NCBI GenBank assembly: GCA_044376115.1
Contig: JBILLK010000012.1
Location: 160,001-224,000, forward strand
Reading direction: 5' to 3'
DNA from: Polyangiaceae bacterium
GTDB lineage: Bacteria > Myxococcota_A > Polyangia > Polyangiales > Polyangiaceae
DNA: 64,000 nucleotides
Shown here: one piece after another, positions 59,723-64,000 of the stretch
Layout: the number at the start of each line of letters is the position of its first letter
How positions within the stretch are numbered: the stretch's first letter is position 1
The notes under the pieces: generated by a model
What the model was told of the DNA's origin: nothing
The model's input: the letters and a program-made list of their open reading frames with translations, nothing else
Database searches by the model: none
Translations under genes and position numbers: made by a program

Positions 59723-60274
59723 ATGAAGTCGTTCGGTAGAGGCACCAAGAAGAAGCTGGTTGCGTTGTTCGCACTGCTTCTCATCGTTCCTGCGGTGGGG
59801 TACGCCGCGCACAGTTCCAACCTTGGTTCACTCAAGAGCGCTGGCTTCGAGGTCGGGGACCTCCGTGCCATGGACGGGGATGGTAAGGAGCAGCGACTGG
59901 GTGACCTGCGCGGTTCCAAGGTCGTGGTCTTTTTTTACCCACGAGATGAGACACCAGGCTGCACCACCGAGGCCTGCGCTTTTCGTGACCAGTGGGCTCG
60001 CTTTGAAGAGGCTGGGGTTAAGGTCATCGGGGTCTCGGGAGGCACCGCCTCGGGCAAGGCAGACTTCGCCAAAAAGCAGAGGCTTCCCTTTCCGCTCGTT
60101 ACCGATGAGGACCTTTCATGGGCGCGCGCGTTTGGGGTCAGAGTTTTACTGGGCATTCCCTCGCGCACGAGCTTTTTGCTGGACCGCGAGGGTCGCATTA
60201 GCAAAGTCTACGAGAACGTAGATCCCGGACTTCATGCCGACGAAGTTCTAAAGGACGCAGCGGCGATCCAATAG
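59723..60274 (+). CDS. bcp: Peroxiredoxin (Bcp/PrxQ) with N-terminal signal or anchor
   Basis: FFYPRDETPGCTTEACAFRD. Confidence 0.88.
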   Translation: MKSFGRGTKKKLVALFALLLIVPAVGYAAHSSNLGSLKSAGFEVGDLRAMDGDGKEQRLGDLRGSKVVVFFYPRDETPGCTTEACAFRDQWARFEEAGVKVIGVSGGTASGKADFAKKQRLPFPLVTDEDLSWARAFGVRVLLGIPSRTSFLLDREGRISKVYENVDPGLHADEVLKDAAAIQ

Positions 60275-60275
60275 C

Positions 60276-62066
60276 TCAGAGATACCCGTCTCGCTGCAAC
60301 TGAAAGAGTTGCGCATAGACGCCACCTGAAGCGACGAGCTCCTCGTGCGTACCGCGCTCGCGCACCTCCCCTCGGTCAAGTACTACGATATGGTCTGCAC
60401 GACGTACGGTAGGAAAGCGATGCGATATCAAGATGGACGTACGCCCTTTCGTCAGATCAACAAAGCGCTCGAACAGCGTAGACTCGGCCTGCGCGTCAAG
60501 AGCCGCAGTCGGTTCATCAAGAATCAAGATTGGTGCCTTGTCTCGAGCGAAAGCGCGCGAAAGCGCAATCGACTGCCATTCGCCTCCCGACAATTCAGCA
60601 CCGTCGTCGAACCATTTACCAAGTTGCGAGTCGAGCCGGCCTGGTAGCCGCGACAAGAGCTCCTTCGCCCCACCTTTGACAGCAGCTTCCTCGAGGTGCG
60701 GATCGTCGGCAAGCCGAGTTGGCTCTCCAAACCCAACGTTTTCACGCACCGTCAATTGGTAGCGGGAGAAGTCTTGAAACACGACGGCGAACTCTTTCGC
60801 TCGTTCGACCTCGGGGATTGAGGAGACCTCACGGCCATTGAGCAGCACGTGCCCTTCGGTAGGCACGTAAAGCCCCAAAATGAGCTTCACTAGCGTACTC
60901 TTGCCCGCTCCATTGAAGCCAACGAGCGCCAAACTCTTACCAGGCGGGACGTCCAGGCTCAGATTCCGAACGGCAAAGCTCTGAGCACCAGGATAGCGAA
61001 AGGAAACGGCCTGCAGGGATAGGCCAATTGGAGGGCCGTCGGTTGAGGGGACCGCTCCAGGAACTCCGCGCCCGGTGGTGATCGCTCGGTCCAAGTAACC
61101 AAACAGGTTCGACAAATAAAGGGCATGCTCATGCATACCGCCCAACGTAGTAAGGACGCTCTCAAAGCTCTGTTGACCCTGCCGGAAAGCGGCCGCGTAA
61201 AGGGTCATCTCGCCGAGAGTGATGGCGCCCTCCGTCGCCGCAAATACCATAGTAGCGTAAACGCCATAGTAAACGCCGGTAGCCAGGAGCGAGAGCAAGG
61301 TACCCCAGCGGGTGCGGCGTCCAAGCAAGGCAGCGTCTTCCTCGATGATGCGCGCACCCAGCGTCTTGTAGCGCTCGAGGAGCAGCGACCCAACGCCAAG
61401 AATCTTCACCTCCTTTGCATGGTCGTCGCTGGCCATCACCCGCTCCAAGTACATCAGCCGCCGGGTGTCAGGGCTGCGCCAATTGCGCATTCGGAAGGCG
61501 AGCTTGCCGAAGTATCGCTCAGCGAGCGTGGCAGGCACGCTCGCGATAGCGAGGGCCAAACAAGCGAGCGGGCTGTAAGAAAAGAGCAATACGGCGTAAC
61601 CGGATAGCGTCAATATCGAGCGTCCGATATCGAGTGTCTCGGTAACGACCAGCATGGGTCGGCTAGAGGCTTCTCGTCGCGCACGGGTCAGCTGATCGTA
61701 GAACGCCGGGGTTTCGAAGTCCGTTAGGTCGAGCGTCAGCGCCTTCTCGAGAATCTTCACGTTCACGTCATGCCCAAGCCTCGCGCCCAGCCGTTGACGG
61801 AGAAACATGGTGCTCCGCTGCACGACGAACAACGACAAGACGAGGAGCACCTCGAGCAGAATGAAGCGGCGAACGGCTGGGACATCGCCCGCGACCACGG
61901 AATCCACCAACGTCTTTCCGACCCAGATGATGGCGGGGGGAATGCCCGACTGAACCAAGGTGAGCACGACGATCAGCGCAATTCTTCGTGGGGCGCTTTC
62001 ATAGGCCATGCGGGCAGCCCGCGGCAGAAGTCGCATCACGCTCTGGAACTCCGACAGACGGCTCAC
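60276..62066 (-). CDS. ABC transporter, fused permease/ATP-binding protein
   Basis: N-terminal TM domain; GFNGAGKST, LSGGEWQ, LILDEPT, ISHR. Confidence 0.93.
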   Translation of the reverse strand: MSRLSEFQSVMRLLPRAARMAYESAPRRIALIVVLTLVQSGIPPAIIWVGKTLVDSVVAGDVPAVRRFILLEVLLVLSLFVVQRSTMFLRQRLGARLGHDVNVKILEKALTLDLTDFETPAFYDQLTRARREASSRPMLVVTETLDIGRSILTLSGYAVLLFSYSPLACLALAIASVPATLAERYFGKLAFRMRNWRSPDTRRLMYLERVMASDDHAKEVKILGVGSLLLERYKTLGARIIEEDAALLGRRTRWGTLLSLLATGVYYGVYATMVFAATEGAITLGEMTLYAAAFRQGQQSFESVLTTLGGMHEHALYLSNLFGYLDRAITTGRGVPGAVPSTDGPPIGLSLQAVSFRYPGAQSFAVRNLSLDVPPGKSLALVGFNGAGKSTLVKLILGLYVPTEGHVLLNGREVSSIPEVERAKEFAVVFQDFSRYQLTVRENVGFGEPTRLADDPHLEEAAVKGGAKELLSRLPGRLDSQLGKWFDDGAELSGGEWQSIALSRAFARDKAPILILDEPTAALDAQAESTLFERFVDLTKGRTSILISHRFPTVRRADHIVVLDRGEVRERGTHEELVASGGVYAQLFQLQRDGYL

Positions 62067-62212
62067 GCGCCTGTCTTAACACCCAAGAACCAAAGTGCTC
62101 CTACCGATCGCCTGAACCGCTACCCGCACCTCGGGTTCTGTGTCAGAACGCGGAGATTCAACTCAATGTTGATGTCGCAAGAATGACCCGGGCTCTCTGA
62201 AGGTGGTTCGCC

Positions 62213-63400
62213 ATGACTCTTCCCCGCAACATCTACGTAGTCGCTGCAACCCGCACCCCCATTGGTGCCTTCCTCGGCTCGCTGAGCTCCATCACTGCGC
62301 CGCACCTCGGTGCTGCAGCGATCAAGGGCGCTCTTGAGCGAGCAAAGCTCCAGCCGGACGCAATTGACGAGGTCTACATGGGCAACGTCCTCTCCGCTGG
62401 GGTCGGACAGGCGCCCGCGCGCCAGGCGCTCATCTACGCGGGCCTCCCGGATCGCGTTCCCGCGACGACGGTTGGCAAAGTCTGTGGCTCCGGTTTGCAA
62501 GCAGTGGTTTTGGCAACGCGGGGTCTAGCGCTCGGCGATACCGAGATCGCTGTCGCTGGTGGCATGGAGTCGATGTCCAACGTCCCCTACTACCTCCCGC
62601 AAGCCCGCACCGGCGCTCGTATGGGCCACGGCAAGATGGTGGATGGGATGATTCACGACGGGCTTTGGGACCCCTATGGCGACTTCCATATGGGCATCGC
62701 CGGAGAAAAGTGCGCCAAGGAGTTCAGCTTCTCTAGGGAGGAGCAAGACGCCTTCGCAGCGGAAAGCTTCCGCCGAGCTCTTGCCGCCCAAAAAGAAGGC
62801 CACTTCAAGAACGAGATTGTTGGCGTCAGCGTCGCTCAAAAGAAGGGAGACGCTTTGTTGGTAAGTGAGGATGAGGGCCCGCCGAACGGGCGTCCCGACA
62901 AGTTCCCCACGCTTCGTCCGGCCTTTGCCAAGGATGGGACCATCACGGCTGCCAACGCATCGAGCATCAACGACGGTGCGAGCGCGCTCATTCTCGCCTC
63001 CGAGGACGCAGTCAAGAAACACAACCTCACGCCCCTAGCTCGAATCGTTGGTTACGGCGGTGCAGCCCAAGCGCCCGAGTGGTTTACCACCGCGCCAGCA
63101 AAGGCAATCGAGCACACCACCAAGAAACTCGGCCTCAGCACAAAGGACATCGATCTTTACGAGATCAACGAGGCCTTCGCAGTTGTTACGATGGCTTGCA
63201 ACAAGCTGTGCGATCTCGACCCGGCGACTGTCAATGTTCGCGGTGGAGCCGTTGCTCTTGGGCATCCCATCGGGGCGAGCGGCGCGCGTATTCTAACGAC
63301 GCTCATCCATTCGCTGCGCGACCTCAAGAAGAAGCGTGGGCTTGCGACCTTGTGCATCGGCGGCGGTGAAGCCGTGGCTGTGGTTGTCGAGACGGTCTGA
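62213..63400 (+). CDS. Acetyl-CoA C-acetyltransferase (thiolase)
   Basis: KVCGSG, GGMESMS, NASSINDGA, EINEAFA, GHPIGASG, CIGGG. Confidence 0.96.
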   Translation: MTLPRNIYVVAATRTPIGAFLGSLSSITAPHLGAAAIKGALERAKLQPDAIDEVYMGNVLSAGVGQAPARQALIYAGLPDRVPATTVGKVCGSGLQAVVLATRGLALGDTEIAVAGGMESMSNVPYYLPQARTGARMGHGKMVDGMIHDGLWDPYGDFHMGIAGEKCAKEFSFSREEQDAFAAESFRRALAAQKEGHFKNEIVGVSVAQKKGDALLVSEDEGPPNGRPDKFPTLRPAFAKDGTITAANASSINDGASALILASEDAVKKHNLTPLARIVGYGGAAQAPEWFTTAPAKAIEHTTKKLGLSTKDIDLYEINEAFAVVTMACNKLCDLDPATVNVRGGAVALGHPIGASGARILTTLIHSLRDLKKKRGLATLCIGGGEAVAVVVETV

Positions 63401-63403
63401 GTA

Positions 63404-64000
63404 GTGATTCGGCCGGTTCGTATCAGTGAGCGAGTCGAGCGATTCTTCGCGCGGACTCCGACGCTGCCTCCTGCGACACACACCGAGAGCTACGCTCTTG
63501 GTTCGCGGGAGGTAGTCCTGGTCGAGCCGGCGACGCCCTACGAAGAGGAGCGCCGTGAGTGGGTGGCGTGGGCGCGTTCCCTCGAGTCCCAGGGGCGTTC
63601 GCTCGTGGCGCTGCTCATGACGCACCACCATCCTGACCACGTGGGAGGGGCCGAGTTCTTGGCTCGGGAACTTGGTCTCCCATTGTGGGGCCATGCGCGA
63701 GCACGCACGTTCGGACTGAACCTCGACCGCGAACTTGTCGACGGTGAGTTGCTCGTTCTGCAGGGGCCCACCAACTCGCAGTGGGAGGTGCTTCACACAC
63801 CTGGCCACGCTTCAGACCATGTTTGCCTCCTGTCCAAGGAAGACGCGACACTCGTCGTTGGGGATATGGTTGCGAGCGTCGGGACAATCCTGATCGCGCC
63901 GGGCGACGGCAACATGATCGAGTACCTCGCGCAGCTCAGTCGACTCGAGAAGCTCGGTGCGACCCTCGCGCTCCCTGCACACGGCGACCCGATCGAGAAC
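63404..64000 (+). CDS. Metallo-beta-lactamase-fold hydrolase, 3'-truncated by the window edge
   Basis: Not in the ORF track; translated by hand from GTG 63404: RTPTLPPATHT..Y, THHHPDHVGG, HTPGHA..H, VGD, PAHG. Confidence 0.9.
   Translation, partial: MIRPVRISERVERFFARTPTLPPATHTESYALGSREVVLVEPATPYEEERREWVAWARSLESQGRSLVALLMTHHHPDHVGGAEFLARELGLPLWGHARARTFGLNLDRELVDGELLVLQGPTNSQWEVLHTPGHASDHVCLLSKEDATLVVGDMVASVGTILIAPGDGNMIEYLAQLSRLEKLGATLALPAHGDPIEN

Noticed and set aside
60276..62066. ABC exporter as marker of a RiPP cluster with the radical SAM gene
   Set aside because: About 6 kb apart with unrelated genes between; no precursor peptide or peptidase domain seen

Overview
A gene-dense, roughly 60% GC (by eye) chromosomal window. 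The gene content points to a myxobacterium (Polyangiaceae/Sorangiineae-like; inference): three Hanks-type Ser/Thr kinases, many Gly-linker Cys-rich lipoproteins, TPR, VWA and FHA proteins, and a sterol-desaturase-family gene. Housekeeping anchors are ruvB, glnB-glnA, folB, ppa, glnS, tRNA-Ala(CGC), rpsT, purB, ggt, a Bcp peroxiredoxin and a thiolase. I found no transposase, integrase, prophage or CRISPR array. Best leads: (1) a three-lipoprotein operon led by a PHM/DBH-like copper monooxygenase whose CuM Met ligand is replaced by His (EHC instead of EMC); (2) a run of envelope genes at 24.4-33.2 kb whose enzyme-like domains all have altered catalytic motifs; (3) a translationally coupled canonical plus degenerate histidine kinase pair with no response regulator, divergent from glnB-glnA; (4) a Hint-domain lipoprotein with an atypical N-terminal motif; (5) a protein with a histone-H1-like KKTAVP tail, divergent from an FHA/winged-helix regulator; (6) a near-leaderless small basic ORF ahead of rpsT; (7) an 18-bp motif shared by two intergenic regions, one being the glnA leader. 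All calls come from motif recognition by eye, with no database searches. Several start codons were adjusted from the ORF track and are estimates.
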